Shown piece by piece: positions 9,228-18,746 of a stretch of DNA of 64,000 nt. This stretch comes from Gemmatimonadota bacterium (lineage in GTDB: Bacteria > Gemmatimonadota > Gemmatimonadetes > Gemmatimonadales > Gemmatimonadaceae), in NCBI GenBank assembly GCA_021299375.1, contig JAJTGR010000011.1:43490-107489 (forward strand), in the 5' to 3' direction. Below the pieces are notes generated by a model. The model was given only the letters and a program-made list of their open reading frames with translations. It was not told where the DNA came from and searched no databases. A program made the translations under genes and the position numbers. The first letter of the stretch is position 1. Each line of letters begins with the position of its first letter.

Positions 9228-9794
9228 TTACGCGGTGCCCGCCAGCGCCTGCGCTCGCTCCCAGAGCCGGCGAACGCCGTAGGTATCGATCCACCGGTCG
9301 AGGTCGGGCCCACCGACAATCTCCTCATTGACCTCGATCATGCGTGCAATGTCGTGCAAGTGACGATCGGATGCCCCTTGCTGCGCAAATCGTAGCTTGT
9401 AGACAATGACGTAGTCGATCGGCGCAAATCGTACGCGTTCCCCCTGGATCTCGCGCTCGACCGCGTGGGTCAGCGCCCACGTCTGGAACGGGTCGATACC
9501 AGCGAGGTAGATGTCGGCGCGCATCGCGGTGTCGTGGTGAATCACGTTGAAATGACCATGCTCCGCGCGAGCCCGTTCCTCGTCGATGACCGATGCGGGA
9601 GGACAGTAGAACTCGTCCGACGGCCACAGCGACTCGAAGGTCGAGGACGACGTGCGTCCGAGGTGCAGCACCAGATCCACATCGAGTGTCATGCGCGGAT
9701 GCCCGTACACGATGGCGGCAAGTCCACCCGTCACGGCGTAGTCCATGCCGCCGCGATTCAGGCGAGCGATGAACAGGCCAATGAGGCTAGGCAT
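9228..9794 (-). CDS. Nucleotidyltransferase-fold protein (MenT1/DUF6036-like), putative toxin
   Basis: YAVTGGLAAIVYGHPRMTLDVDLV (GG..DxD NTase motif), MRADIYL, VIVYKL, HLHDI. ATG at 9794 overlaps the upstream small ORF by 8 nt. Confidence 0.75.
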   Translation of the reverse strand: MPSLIGLFIARLNRGGMDYAVTGGLAAIVYGHPRMTLDVDLVLHLGRTSSSTFESLWPSDEFYCPPASVIDEERARAEHGHFNVIHHDTAMRADIYLAGIDPFQTWALTHAVEREIQGERVRFAPIDYVIVYKLRFAQQGASDRHLHDIARMIEVNEEIVGGPDLDRWIDTYGVRRLWERAQALAGTA

Positions 9795-9981
9795 CGGTAC
9801 CGCGCATCCGCTCCCGTACTCGTGCGGATACCTGCTCTTCCGACCAGTCCGGGTGGCGCGCCCGGATGCCGCTGGCCAGCACATCACGCGCCTCGGCCCA
9901 CAACGCGTGTGCCACCTCGTACTTCTCATCGGCGGTCATGGCGCGCAGGCGCTCCAGCTGGCGAGCGAGGGCAGCGTTCAT
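9787..9981 (-). CDS. Small helical protein (64 aa), MenA1-like putative antitoxin
   Basis: MNAALARQLERLRAMTADEKYEVAHALWAEARDVLASGIRARHPDWSEEQVSARVRERMRGTDA; overlaps the NTase start. Confidence 0.65.
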   Translation of the reverse strand: MNAALARQLERLRAMTADEKYEVAHALWAEARDVLASGIRARHPDWSEEQVSARVRERMRGTDA

Positions 9982-10080
9982 GCCGCGTAATCTCACTGGG
10001 CGCCAGGCCCGGATGCAAGCAGGCCGTCGGACGCGTATCTCCGGTGCCATCATGTGCCTGAAGTCGCTCAACGGCATTCG

Positions 10081-12525
10081 TCACCGCGTCCAGATCGCAA
10101 TCACGCCGCACCATTTGTTCGCCCCGGCGCCACCGAACTCCAGCGGCAGACGCGCCGCGCCGGCGAACACCTCGATGCCGTGGATCACATCGGGCGGCGG
10201 CAGCTGATTGAGGTCGACCTCGCTGCCGTCGGCGGGTGACAGGCGCACGCCATCGACGAGGATCTGCATCGGGCAGGCCTTGCCTGGTTCGATCAGCGAC
10301 GGTGTGTCGCCGCGTCCGCTGGCCGCGAACACGCCGAGTGCCGAGGCCGTGATTCGCACCGACGAGATGCGCGTGAGCAGCTGCCACGTCTGCACGGGGC
10401 GCCGCCGGTCGATGTCGGCACGGGTAATGGTCGCCGTGGTGGCTCGACTCACACGCCGCGCCTCGAAGGCGTCGACGCGGCCGGGCAGGCGCCGCGCCGC
10501 GATGCGCATCGTGTCCAGCACGGGCGCCGCGGCGGAGCTGAGCACCACGCGCAGATCGGCGGTACTGTCGGCCATCGCGAAGGACACCCGCCCCGCCTGG
10601 AATCCGATGCGCCGCGCCGACACATTCACGGGACCTGGCATCACATCGGGTACGGTGGCGATGCCGAGCAGGTTCGTGACGATGGTGCGTGTCCGCTCGC
10701 GCTGTGCATCGGGCTGGTCGGTGATGTCGAGCGTGACCTCGGGAAGCGGCGTGCTGTCGGCGGTCGTCACCAGCACGCGCATCGCCGGTCGCATGGCTGC
10801 GCCGATGGCCGAGTCTGCAGCGGCATTGGCGGTGAGCACGAGATCCGACGTGGCGACCATGCGCGCGGGATCGATGCGCAGCCGCTGCCGGGCGCCGGCG
10901 TCGCCGCGCGCATTCGCCACCTCCACGGCGAGGTCGGTAGCGCGCGGCACTCCGCAGACGCGCCAGTGCCCCAGGCCATCGGTGGTGGCCCGGCGCGTTT
11001 CCTCGTTCCAGCGAATCGCGTTCGACGCCGCGCTCCGCCCGTCGACGCGCAGGTAGCGCACCGTGACCGTGGCCTCCCGCGTGGGCGCCCCGGCGCTGTC
11101 ACGCACGGTGCCGCGCAGCAAGGCGCTGCCGGCCGTCTCCTCCACCGACGGACACACGCTGCGCAGCAGTGTTGCCAGTGACGGGAGGACCAGCGTATCG
11201 ATGACCGCCTCCCGGCGCGCGAGGAACGGGCGAGTGAGCGGTGGCGCGTCGATCGAGTCGAGCGCAGGATGGGTCACCGCGCCAGCGTAGCGGCCTGCCG
11301 GCAACGGGCCCAGGCGCACCATGCCGTTTGCGGCGCTTACCGCGGTCACGTTGGTGCCCGCCAGGGCGATGGTGACGCCGGACGCGGGAACCGCGGCGTC
11401 GCCGGATACCACCTGCACGCGCACCATCGGCAGCTCGCGCGCATAGAGCAGCGAATCGGCCTGTGTCACGCGGCTCACGTCGCCTCCGGTCTCATGGACT
11501 GCCCGCAGCACCAGCGGCACGGCGCCCACGCGCCCCCCGCGTGTACCGGGTGCGCCCGGACGTGACGCCGGCGCGAACACCGGCAACTGTGCGTGCCACG
11601 TGCTCACGAACCACGCTCCACTCGGCAGCCGCACGAACTCCACGCGACCACCGCCCGGCGCCGTTTCGCTGGCGCCGGGCAGGTCGGCATAGCGGAAGTC
11701 CACGGCGCGCAACTCGGCACTCGCCCGATCGATCCAGACCGTGCCGGCGATGTCGTAACGCCCTCGCTCGCGGCGCGCCGGCGTGAAGGCAATGCGCACG
11801 AGCGCGGCACTGTCGGCCGGTGATGGGGCGAGCGCGAAGCAGTGGTCGTCGGAGAAGGGCTCCGAAAGCAGGACCTCGGGGTCGGGCGCGTAGTACGACA
11901 ACCCGCTCGGGTCCGGGACCACGTAGCCTACACGCGCAAGGCTGTCGGCGGGCAGGCTCTGAAAGACGCGCTGCGTTGAGTGTTCCTCACGCTGCACACG
12001 CTGGTCGCGTATGACACGCCCTGTGGAATCGATGGTGCGCTCGTATACCATCCACGTGCCCGTCAGCGCACGACCGTCGCTGCGCAGCGTGGTGGCCAGC
12101 ATGGCCTTGCGGGCTTCCTCCCACAGCTGCGCCACCACGAGGCCGCTGTCGGGGCGGATGCGGCAGGTGGTGGCGCCGCTGACGGTGACGGCGGCCAGCG
12201 ACACCGGCAGCGAATGGGCGATCAGGGTGACGGTGCGCGTCTCGGTGCCGCCGATGGCGACGGACGGCCCGACGCTCGGCCGGAACCCGATGCGCAGCAC
12301 TTCCGTGGACACGGTACCGGCGTGCGGGAGCCGCAACTGAAAGAACCCGCTCGCCGAGGTCAGCGTGCGCGTCTGTACCCCGGTGACGCTCGTGGCCACC
12401 ACGATGGCCCCGGCGACCGGGGTGGTGCGGTCGGGCAGTACCACCCGGCCGGTGAGCGTCTGTGCGGGGAGCGTGGCCGCGCTGCCGAGGAGGCCGATGA
12501 GCGCGATCCACAGGGCGCGACGCAC
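10081..12525 (-). CDS. Secreted protein with repeated carboxypeptidase-regulatory-like (transthyretin-fold) domains and a C-terminal TonB-plug-like domain
   Basis: Probable GTG start at 12525 with GAGG upstream; signal ending LPA-Q. Repeated LTGRVV..PVAGAIV / LRGTVRDSAGAP / GIATV..RRIGF modules; C-terminus ITRADI..VDGV..IHGIEVF..GVIAIWTR. Confidence 0.75.
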   Translation of the reverse strand: MRRALWIALIGLLGSAATLPAQTLTGRVVLPDRTTPVAGAIVVATSVTGVQTRTLTSASGFFQLRLPHAGTVSTEVLRIGFRPSVGPSVAIGGTETRTVTLIAHSLPVSLAAVTVSGATTCRIRPDSGLVVAQLWEEARKAMLATTLRSDGRALTGTWMVYERTIDSTGRVIRDQRVQREEHSTQRVFQSLPADSLARVGYVVPDPSGLSYYAPDPEVLLSEPFSDDHCFALAPSPADSAALVRIAFTPARRERGRYDIAGTVWIDRASAELRAVDFRYADLPGASETAPGGGRVEFVRLPSGAWFVSTWHAQLPVFAPASRPGAPGTRGGRVGAVPLVLRAVHETGGDVSRVTQADSLLYARELPMVRVQVVSGDAAVPASGVTIALAGTNVTAVSAANGMVRLGPLPAGRYAGAVTHPALDSIDAPPLTRPFLARREAVIDTLVLPSLATLLRSVCPSVEETAGSALLRGTVRDSAGAPTREATVTVRYLRVDGRSAASNAIRWNEETRRATTDGLGHWRVCGVPRATDLAVEVANARGDAGARQRLRIDPARMVATSDLVLTANAAADSAIGAAMRPAMRVLVTTADSTPLPEVTLDITDQPDAQRERTRTIVTNLLGIATVPDVMPGPVNVSARRIGFQAGRVSFAMADSTADLRVVLSSAAAPVLDTMRIAARRLPGRVDAFEARRVSRATTATITRADIDRRRPVQTWQLLTRISSVRITASALGVFAASGRGDTPSLIEPGKACPMQILVDGVRLSPADGSEVDLNQLPPPDVIHGIEVFAGAARLPLEFGGAGANKWCGVIAIWTR

Positions 12526-12548
12526 CGGCGACCTCGGCGTTGTGCGTA

Positions 12549-13196
12549 TCAGACGGCGAAGCAGTAGAACAGCCCTGCGCCACCGGTGGCGCGCAGGTTG
12601 TCCTGCCCGCAGCCGCGCGAGGCGTGCGCCGAGTTCCACGAGGTGGGGTTGGCGCCGCCACCCTGCCGGTCGTGGTGGCCCAGCAGCGCGCTACCCGTGG
12701 CCGCGCTGCTCGTCCAATTGCTGCAGGTGCTGTCGCCGTCACCGGCTTGCACACGGCCGTCGAGGGTGGAGCCGGTGAGGATGTCGTGCGTATTGGGCGT
12801 GTCGCCACGCCCGTTCACCACGGCACCCTTTTCGGTGAGGCTGTGGTCCTTGGAGAGCTTGTTGTTGTCGCTGTGCAGGTCATCGACGCTCGCAGCCACC
12901 ACCACACCCTTGGCGTTCTTCCACGGTCCCGTGCCGATGCGGTCGCGGGCATTCACGGCGGGCTTGCCAGCGATGGCCTGCTGGCTGAGATAGGCACGCC
13001 AGGTCTTGCCACGTACGCCGGCCGCCTCGGCGAGCGTGGCGCAGTGCTTGTCGGCGCCTTCGAGGCCGCCCAGTGCGGCGCCGTTGCCGGGGCCGGCGCT
13101 GGTGATGAAGAACGACAGGTCGGCCTGCAGCCCGGGCGCGACCGGGCTGCCTGCGCTGAGGACGGCGCTGGCGAGGGCAACGTGCAGCGTGAACAT
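12549..13196 (-). CDS. Secreted lectin-like / endostatin (collagen NC1)-like protein, DUF1554-related
   Basis: Signal peptide; FFITS..GGLEGADKHC..KTWRAYLS..ILTGS..TCSNWTS..GLFYCFA pattern. Confidence 0.65.
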   Translation of the reverse strand: MFTLHVALASAVLSAGSPVAPGLQADLSFFITSAGPGNGAALGGLEGADKHCATLAEAAGVRGKTWRAYLSQQAIAGKPAVNARDRIGTGPWKNAKGVVVAASVDDLHSDNNKLSKDHSLTEKGAVVNGRGDTPNTHDILTGSTLDGRVQAGDGDSTCSNWTSSAATGSALLGHHDRQGGGANPTSWNSAHASRGCGQDNLRATGGAGLFYCFAV

Positions 13197-13238
13197 CGGG
13201 GTCGATCTCCTTGGGGGAACGGGGGGTGGTGGGGGACG

Positions 13239-15626
13239 TCAGGGGCGCGGTGTGAGCCGCGTGACCTCGGCGGTGCGGGCGGCGATCGCGGCCGGGGCGT
13301 ACGGCAGCGGCACGAACTGGTTGCGCGTCCACGAAAGGAACAGGTTGGCGTAGAACGGGCTGCGCGGGTCGCCGCTCTGTCCCGGCGTGTTGGTGGCCAC
13401 GGCGGTCTCCCAGTCGGCGAGGTCGATCACGACGCGCAGGCTGGCCCCATGATTCTGGTTGTCGGCGTTGCTGGTGGCCAGCAGGGTGTTGGCGTAGCCA
13501 CCGCGCGCCGCAGGCCCGGGGGATAGCACCCACTGCAGCGAGTCATTCACCAGCGCGTCGAACGGGTGAGCGATACGGCTGTGGTGGAACTTCGGGTCGC
13601 CGTAGCGCCAGGCGGCCATGTCGTCGCCGAACCGCTTGCGGAGATCGCTCACCGCCTCGTTGAAGGCACGGAACAGGATGAAGTTGCGCGCGTCCACCGG
13701 CCGTTCGCCCAGCAGGGAGTCGGGCGCGGTGAGCCACTGCACCGTGCGCGACAGCGGCACGCCGCGCAGTATGGGGCGCACGTCGAGTGGCAGGACGATG
13801 TCCGCGGTGTGCGTCAGCAGGCGGCGCTCCCACGCCGCGTAGAGGGCCGCGCCGCGGGAGTCGGCGTCCATGACGCGGTTCCACGCCAGCAGCGTGTCGC
13901 GCGCCGCCTTCGACGCCGGCGCCGTGAACTCGATGTCGCGCAGCAACGGCACCAGCGCCCGGGCCGGCAGCGACAGCGCATCGTGCTGCAGGGCTGCTGA
14001 CGACGTCACCGTGGCGGCCCGCGTCGTGTCGAGCACCTCCTGCAGCCGGTCATGGCGGTACGGGTCGGACCAGCTGCGCGCCAGCGCATCGAAGCGCGGA
14101 TAGTCCGGCGCCACATTGAACGCGTTGGCGGTGCCCACGAAGCCGCGTGCCGGATTGGTTTCGTGCGGAAGCTGGGCGATGGGGAGGAAGCCGGCCCATT
14201 CGTAGCGGCCGTCCCCGGGCACCGGCACGAGCCCATCCCACGCGCGCCGCACCGGAGCGATGCCGGCGGTTTGCCAGCCGATCGTGCCGCTGGTATCGGC
14301 CCAGATCCAGTTGAGGACCGGCATGTGTGCGTAGGCCAGCGCCGCCCGCGCCTCGTTCCAGGTGCGTGCCTGATCGAGGCGCAGGCTGGCCAAGTACGGC
14401 GCACCACCCACTTCGAGCCAGCCGGCACGCACCGCCACCGCCACGTGCCGGACACTGTCCACGTACAGTACCGGGCCGTGCCGCGTGTAGGGCAGCGTCA
14501 CCGGCACCGGGCGCGCGCCCTTCACGCGCACGCTGTCGCGCCGCAGCTGCAGCGGCTCCCAGCCGGGGCCGTAGCGATACGCGCGGTTCGCCGCGTCCAA
14601 CTGGTACACATACAGGTCCTCGGCGTCGATGCCGAAGATGGTCAGCCCCCAGGCGGCATGCTGGTTGTGCCCGATGGCCACGCCGGGAATGGCCGGCTCC
14701 CCGCCGCCGATGACGTCCCAGCCCGGCGCCTTGAGGTGGACGAGATAGCGCAGCGATGGGACCGTGATCGCGCGGTGCGGATCGTTGGCCACGAGTGGCT
14801 TGCCGCTGGCCGTGCGCGACCCGGATATGACCCAGTTGTTGCTCTCCCAGCGATCCGCGTCACGACCGCCGGAGGAATCGGCCGCGCCCGCCGCCGGGCG
14901 TCGCCAGGTGGTGGCGAGCTCGGTCGCGCGAAAGGACGGCGAACTGCGCGATCCGTTGTAGTCTGCCAGCAGTTGGCCGTCAGTGACCCGCCCCACCACC
15001 TGCGCCACCAGCGAGTCCAGTGTGAGCCGCACCGCAGCCGGCTGGAAACTGCGGCGCCGCTTCACGGCCTCCTCGCCGATCGCACGTACCGCGCGGGCGA
15101 AGGTGGCTTCGTCGCTGGCATTGGAGGCCAACGCGTTGTGTCGCGACACCACCACCTCGGGCGTCCAGTACCCGGGCTCAATGCCCAGCGCAGCGAGATC
15201 GGGGGGCATGAGCGCCGGCTCGGCCCTCACCCGGTCCACCCATGCATTCACGCCAGCCACGAACGCCGAAATGATGCGGTCGCCGCGCGGATGGTAGTGC
15301 ACGAGCTCCTTGGCCATGTCGCCCCGAAAGCGCAGCAGGCGCGCGGCGCGGTCGCGAGCCACCCACCGCGGCCCGAGCGCTTCGGCCATGGTGCCGGTGG
15401 CCTGCCGGCGCCACAGCTCCAGCTGGAAGAGTCGGTCGCGCGCGGCGCTGTAGCCCTGCGCGAAAAACAGGTCATGCTCGTTCTGCGCCTCGATGTGCAC
15501 GATGCCGGCGGAGTCACGGGTGAGCGTGACCGGGGCGCGCAGGCCAGGCACCGTCACGGGTTGCGCCGTAAGCGTCGTGGTGGCCATTGCCAGCGCTGCG
15601 GCGACCATCGTGAATCTCCACACCAT
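13239..15626 (-). CDS. Penicillin acylase family (S45, Ntn-hydrolase)
   Basis: RDSAGIVHIEA, GYSAARDRLFQLE, SNNWVISG (beta-chain N-terminal Ser), ANDPH, NTPGQSGDPRSPFY. Confidence 0.92.
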   Translation of the reverse strand: MVWRFTMVAAALAMATTTLTAQPVTVPGLRAPVTLTRDSAGIVHIEAQNEHDLFFAQGYSAARDRLFQLELWRRQATGTMAEALGPRWVARDRAARLLRFRGDMAKELVHYHPRGDRIISAFVAGVNAWVDRVRAEPALMPPDLAALGIEPGYWTPEVVVSRHNALASNASDEATFARAVRAIGEEAVKRRRSFQPAAVRLTLDSLVAQVVGRVTDGQLLADYNGSRSSPSFRATELATTWRRPAAGAADSSGGRDADRWESNNWVISGSRTASGKPLVANDPHRAITVPSLRYLVHLKAPGWDVIGGGEPAIPGVAIGHNQHAAWGLTIFGIDAEDLYVYQLDAANRAYRYGPGWEPLQLRRDSVRVKGARPVPVTLPYTRHGPVLYVDSVRHVAVAVRAGWLEVGGAPYLASLRLDQARTWNEARAALAYAHMPVLNWIWADTSGTIGWQTAGIAPVRRAWDGLVPVPGDGRYEWAGFLPIAQLPHETNPARGFVGTANAFNVAPDYPRFDALARSWSDPYRHDRLQEVLDTTRAATVTSSAALQHDALSLPARALVPLLRDIEFTAPASKAARDTLLAWNRVMDADSRGAALYAAWERRLLTHTADIVLPLDVRPILRGVPLSRTVQWLTAPDSLLGERPVDARNFILFRAFNEAVSDLRKRFGDDMAAWRYGDPKFHHSRIAHPFDALVNDSLQWVLSPGPAARGGYANTLLATSNADNQNHGASLRVVIDLADWETAVATNTPGQSGDPRSPFYANLFLSWTRNQFVPLPYAPAAIAARTAEVTRLTPRP

Positions 15627-16645
15627 CAGGCCTCCTCTGACGCGAACCGCAGGGCCGCCTCGAACTCGGCCACGATGTCACCGGCGGGGCGGATGTCGTG
15701 CACCGCATCGACACTGCGCCCTGCCTGCCAGTAGTCCTGATTGGCGCCCTCGACGCTCGAGCGCTTGAGCTGGCGCAACGAGCGGAGGGCGTACCAGGTG
15801 CGGATCCAGTGCTTGGTTTTGCGTCCCCTGAAGAGGAGGCGCGAGAGCGGCCCGACGGTGGTGCCCAGCCGTTGCACGTACGGGGTGCGCAGCACCGACA
15901 CCGGCACCCCGGTGAGTCGTTCGGTCAGCACCACATCGCGCGACGTCGCCCGCACGATGGCCTGCTTGTAGGCCGGGTCGGCATTGCACTCGGTGGTGGC
16001 GATGAACCGCGTCCCGAGCTGCACGCCGGCGTAGCCCATCGCCAGCAGCGCACGGAACTGCGACGCTTCGCCCACGCCGCCGGCGGCGACCACCGGCAGG
16101 CCAAGGTCGGCGACTTCGTCGAGCAGGGCGCGGGGATCGCGCGACCCGGTGTGCCCGCCGGCTTCCCGATTCACGGCGACGAGCCCGTCCACGCCGCCGT
16201 CGCGCCCCTTGAGCGCCCATTTGCGCTCGGTGATGTCATGGTACACCACACCGCCGGCGGCATGCACACGGTCGGCCACCCAGCGCGGATTGCCCAGCGA
16301 CGTGAGAAAGAAGCGTACGCCTTCCTCGAGAGCCGTTTCCAGCCAGCGCACCATGCGGTTGTGGTAGGTCTTGCTGGACGCCTCGATGAGCGCGTTGAAG
16401 CCGATCGGTGCCCCGCCGCTCAGCGTGTGGATCTTCCGGAGTCCCTCGCGGAACTCGTAGCCGTGCACGTAGGTGAGCGAAATGGGCTGCACGATGCCGA
16501 GGGCGCCGGCCTTGCTCACGGCGGCCACCAGCTCGGGGTTACTGCACGGGTACATGGGGCCGCAGATGAGCGGCACGCGAATGTGTGCGTGACGCGTGAG
16601 CGGCGTGTCGGCGAGCGATGGGACCGGCGGGGCGGCGGAGGACAT
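15626..16645 (-). CDS. Nitronate monooxygenase / 2-nitropropane dioxygenase family flavoprotein
   Basis: PLICGPM, EAGGHTG, VVAAGGV, GVQLGTRFIATTEC, WQAG. Confidence 0.88.
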   Translation of the reverse strand: MSSAAPPVPSLADTPLTRHAHIRVPLICGPMYPCSNPELVAAVSKAGALGIVQPISLTYVHGYEFREGLRKIHTLSGGAPIGFNALIEASSKTYHNRMVRWLETALEEGVRFFLTSLGNPRWVADRVHAAGGVVYHDITERKWALKGRDGGVDGLVAVNREAGGHTGSRDPRALLDEVADLGLPVVAAGGVGEASQFRALLAMGYAGVQLGTRFIATTECNADPAYKQAIVRATSRDVVLTERLTGVPVSVLRTPYVQRLGTTVGPLSRLLFRGRKTKHWIRTWYALRSLRQLKRSSVEGANQDYWQAGRSVDAVHDIRPAGDIVAEFEAALRFASEEA

Positions 16646-16652
16646 GCGCAAC

Positions 16653-17147
16653 TCAGGTGGTGGGCGCAGGAGGAGACAGACGCCAATGGACGGTGCACTC
16701 GGCCACCACGTCGCCAGCGGCGTCCGTGATGATGGCGCGCACGTCGTGGGTGTGGCTCTCGGTCACGGCGGACGGGGCGTCGGCGTGCGTTTCGCACACG
16801 AGCTGGCCCCGCGCCTTCTTGCGGTATTCGATGGACAGCCCCGTGACGATGCCACGCACCCCCGGAGGGAGCGCCGTCAGCAGCGCCACCCCGCTGGTCA
16901 TTTCGGCCAGGTTGACCAGAGCGACGGCGTGCACCGAGGCCAGGTGATTCCGCACCGCCCGCCGGTCGCGCAGCACCACGCGGGCGTACCCGGGCCGGAC
17001 GTCGGTGTAGACGCCTCCCACGGTGCCCGTGTAGGGGGCTGTGCGGCCGACGGCCCAGCTGAACAGGTGCTTGCCGAGGGGAAGGGGCGCCAGGCGCTGC
17101 CAGTTGGCCAGCAGGGCGCGCCCGGGTGAGGGAAGGGGGGGAACCAT
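16653..17147 (-). CDS. Hotdog-fold thioesterase-like protein (DUF4442/PaaI-like)
   Basis: APYTGT..NHLASVHAVALVNLAEMTSG..LSIEYRKKARG. Confidence 0.8.
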   Translation of the reverse strand: MVPPLPSPGRALLANWQRLAPLPLGKHLFSWAVGRTAPYTGTVGGVYTDVRPGYARVVLRDRRAVRNHLASVHAVALVNLAEMTSGVALLTALPPGVRGIVTGLSIEYRKKARGQLVCETHADAPSAVTESHTHDVRAIITDAAGDVVAECTVHWRLSPPAPTT

Positions 17148-17237
17148 GTCCCGGAGAGGCTACCCCGCATTGCCCGAACCCGCCACCTTTCGAAGCGTTC
17201 ACCTTGCCGACCTCTCTGGCTCCAGGTCACCACCATC

Positions 17238-18437
17238 ATGCCACCGCTGACCGACTTCGCGCGAGCCGCCGGTCTCCTGCTGCTGGCCATTCAGGGCTGG
17301 CTGTTGTTCGTGTTGCTCGTACGCCTTGCGCCGGGCCATTCACGACGTCCCCCGGTCGCGCCGCGCCGTTCCCCGCGCGGCGACACCACGGTGAGTGTCA
17401 TCGTCACCACGCTCAACGAGGTGCACCGCGTGGGCCCGTGTCTCGAAGGGCTCATGCAGCAGCAGGAGCCGCTGCTCGAAGTCCTGGTGGTGGATAGCCG
17501 CTCCACCGACGGCACACGGGAGCTGGTCCAGGCCGCGGCGGCGCGCGACGCGCGCATTCGTCTCGTCACCGACGACCCCCTGCCGCCGGGGTGGGTGGGG
17601 AAGGTGTGGGCCCTCGAGAACGGTCTGCGCGAGGCGAAGGGCGACTGGGTGCTCGGCATCGACGCCGACACCGTGCCGGCGCCGGGGCTCGTGGGCGCCG
17701 TCATCGACGCGGTCGAGCAGGACGGCTATGACGTGGCGAGCTTCTCGCCACAGTTCCGCGATCAGACTCCGACCGAGCGTTTTGTGCAGCCGGCCATGCT
17801 CACCACGCTCGTGTATCGCTGCGGCGCGGCCGGGGCTACTCAGCCGCCGCCCGACCGCGTACTTGCCAATGGGCAGTGCTTCGTGGCCCGACGCGACCTG
17901 CTGCTGCGGCACGGAGGCTACGCGCCCGCGCGAGCCTCGTGGTGCGACGACGTGACGCTCGCGCGGCATCTGGCGCACCATGGCGCCCGGGTGGGCTTCC
18001 TCGACGGCTCGAAGATCATTCAGGTACGCTCGTACGCGTCGTTGTCGGAGATGTGGCGTGAATGGGGGCGCAGCTTCGACCTGAAGGATGCCACTCCCAT
18101 GCGGCGCCGCTGGTTGGATGTGGCGCTGGTGTGGGCGGTGCAGGCGATGCCGCTGCCGCTGCTGCTGGCGATGGGCGTGGCGATGGCTATGGGAGCGCGC
18201 AATCTCGCGGCGTCTCCCGACGCCATGCTCTGGCGGGCGCTGTTGCTGGTGAACGGGTTGGCGCTCTGCATCCGCCTGTTCATGCTCTGGGCCTTGCGCG
18301 GCAGCTACGCCGAGCGCGGGTGGAGCTTCTGGCTCTCCTGGCTCTCGGATATCGCGGCGGCGTGGCGACTCACGCTGAGCACCGCGCGGCGCCCGAAGGC
18401 CTGGCGGGGCCGGGCCTTCGAGTCGCTGCCGGCGTAA
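17238..18437 (+). CDS. Family 2 glycosyltransferase, CruG-like (possible carotenoid glycosyltransferase)
   Basis: VVDSRSTDGT, DDPLPPGWVGKVWAL, DADT (DxD), NGQC, DDVTLAR, WREWGRS. The GT2 family call is secure; carotenoid specificity is inferred. Confidence 0.7.
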   Translation: MPPLTDFARAAGLLLLAIQGWLLFVLLVRLAPGHSRRPPVAPRRSPRGDTTVSVIVTTLNEVHRVGPCLEGLMQQQEPLLEVLVVDSRSTDGTRELVQAAAARDARIRLVTDDPLPPGWVGKVWALENGLREAKGDWVLGIDADTVPAPGLVGAVIDAVEQDGYDVASFSPQFRDQTPTERFVQPAMLTTLVYRCGAAGATQPPPDRVLANGQCFVARRDLLLRHGGYAPARASWCDDVTLARHLAHHGARVGFLDGSKIIQVRSYASLSEMWREWGRSFDLKDATPMRRRWLDVALVWAVQAMPLPLLLAMGVAMAMGARNLAASPDAMLWRALLLVNGLALCIRLFMLWALRGSYAERGWSFWLSWLSDIAAAWRLTLSTARRPKAWRGRAFESLPA

Positions 18438-18746
18438 CGGACGCCGCGCACGAAGGAGGAGAGGGCCCGACCGCCTGTCGACTCCGAGAAAGATCGAGGC
18501 GCCAGAGGCGACGTCGGCGTCCGTGATGCCGGCGGGGGCGAAGGGGACCGTCATCGCCGGTGTGGACACCAGGGCAGCAGCGAAGCTGGTGGCATCACCG
18601 AAGGCGGGCTGGGCGGTCCCACCACCGCTGGCTGCGACGGTCACCACGGCCGCGACGGGGCCGGGGAAAAGACGCCGGGTCGGGCGAACGCGGGACGCAG
18701 GCATCGGGATGTCGTGGCGGGGGGCGAGGGGCCGCCGGCGGGGCCG

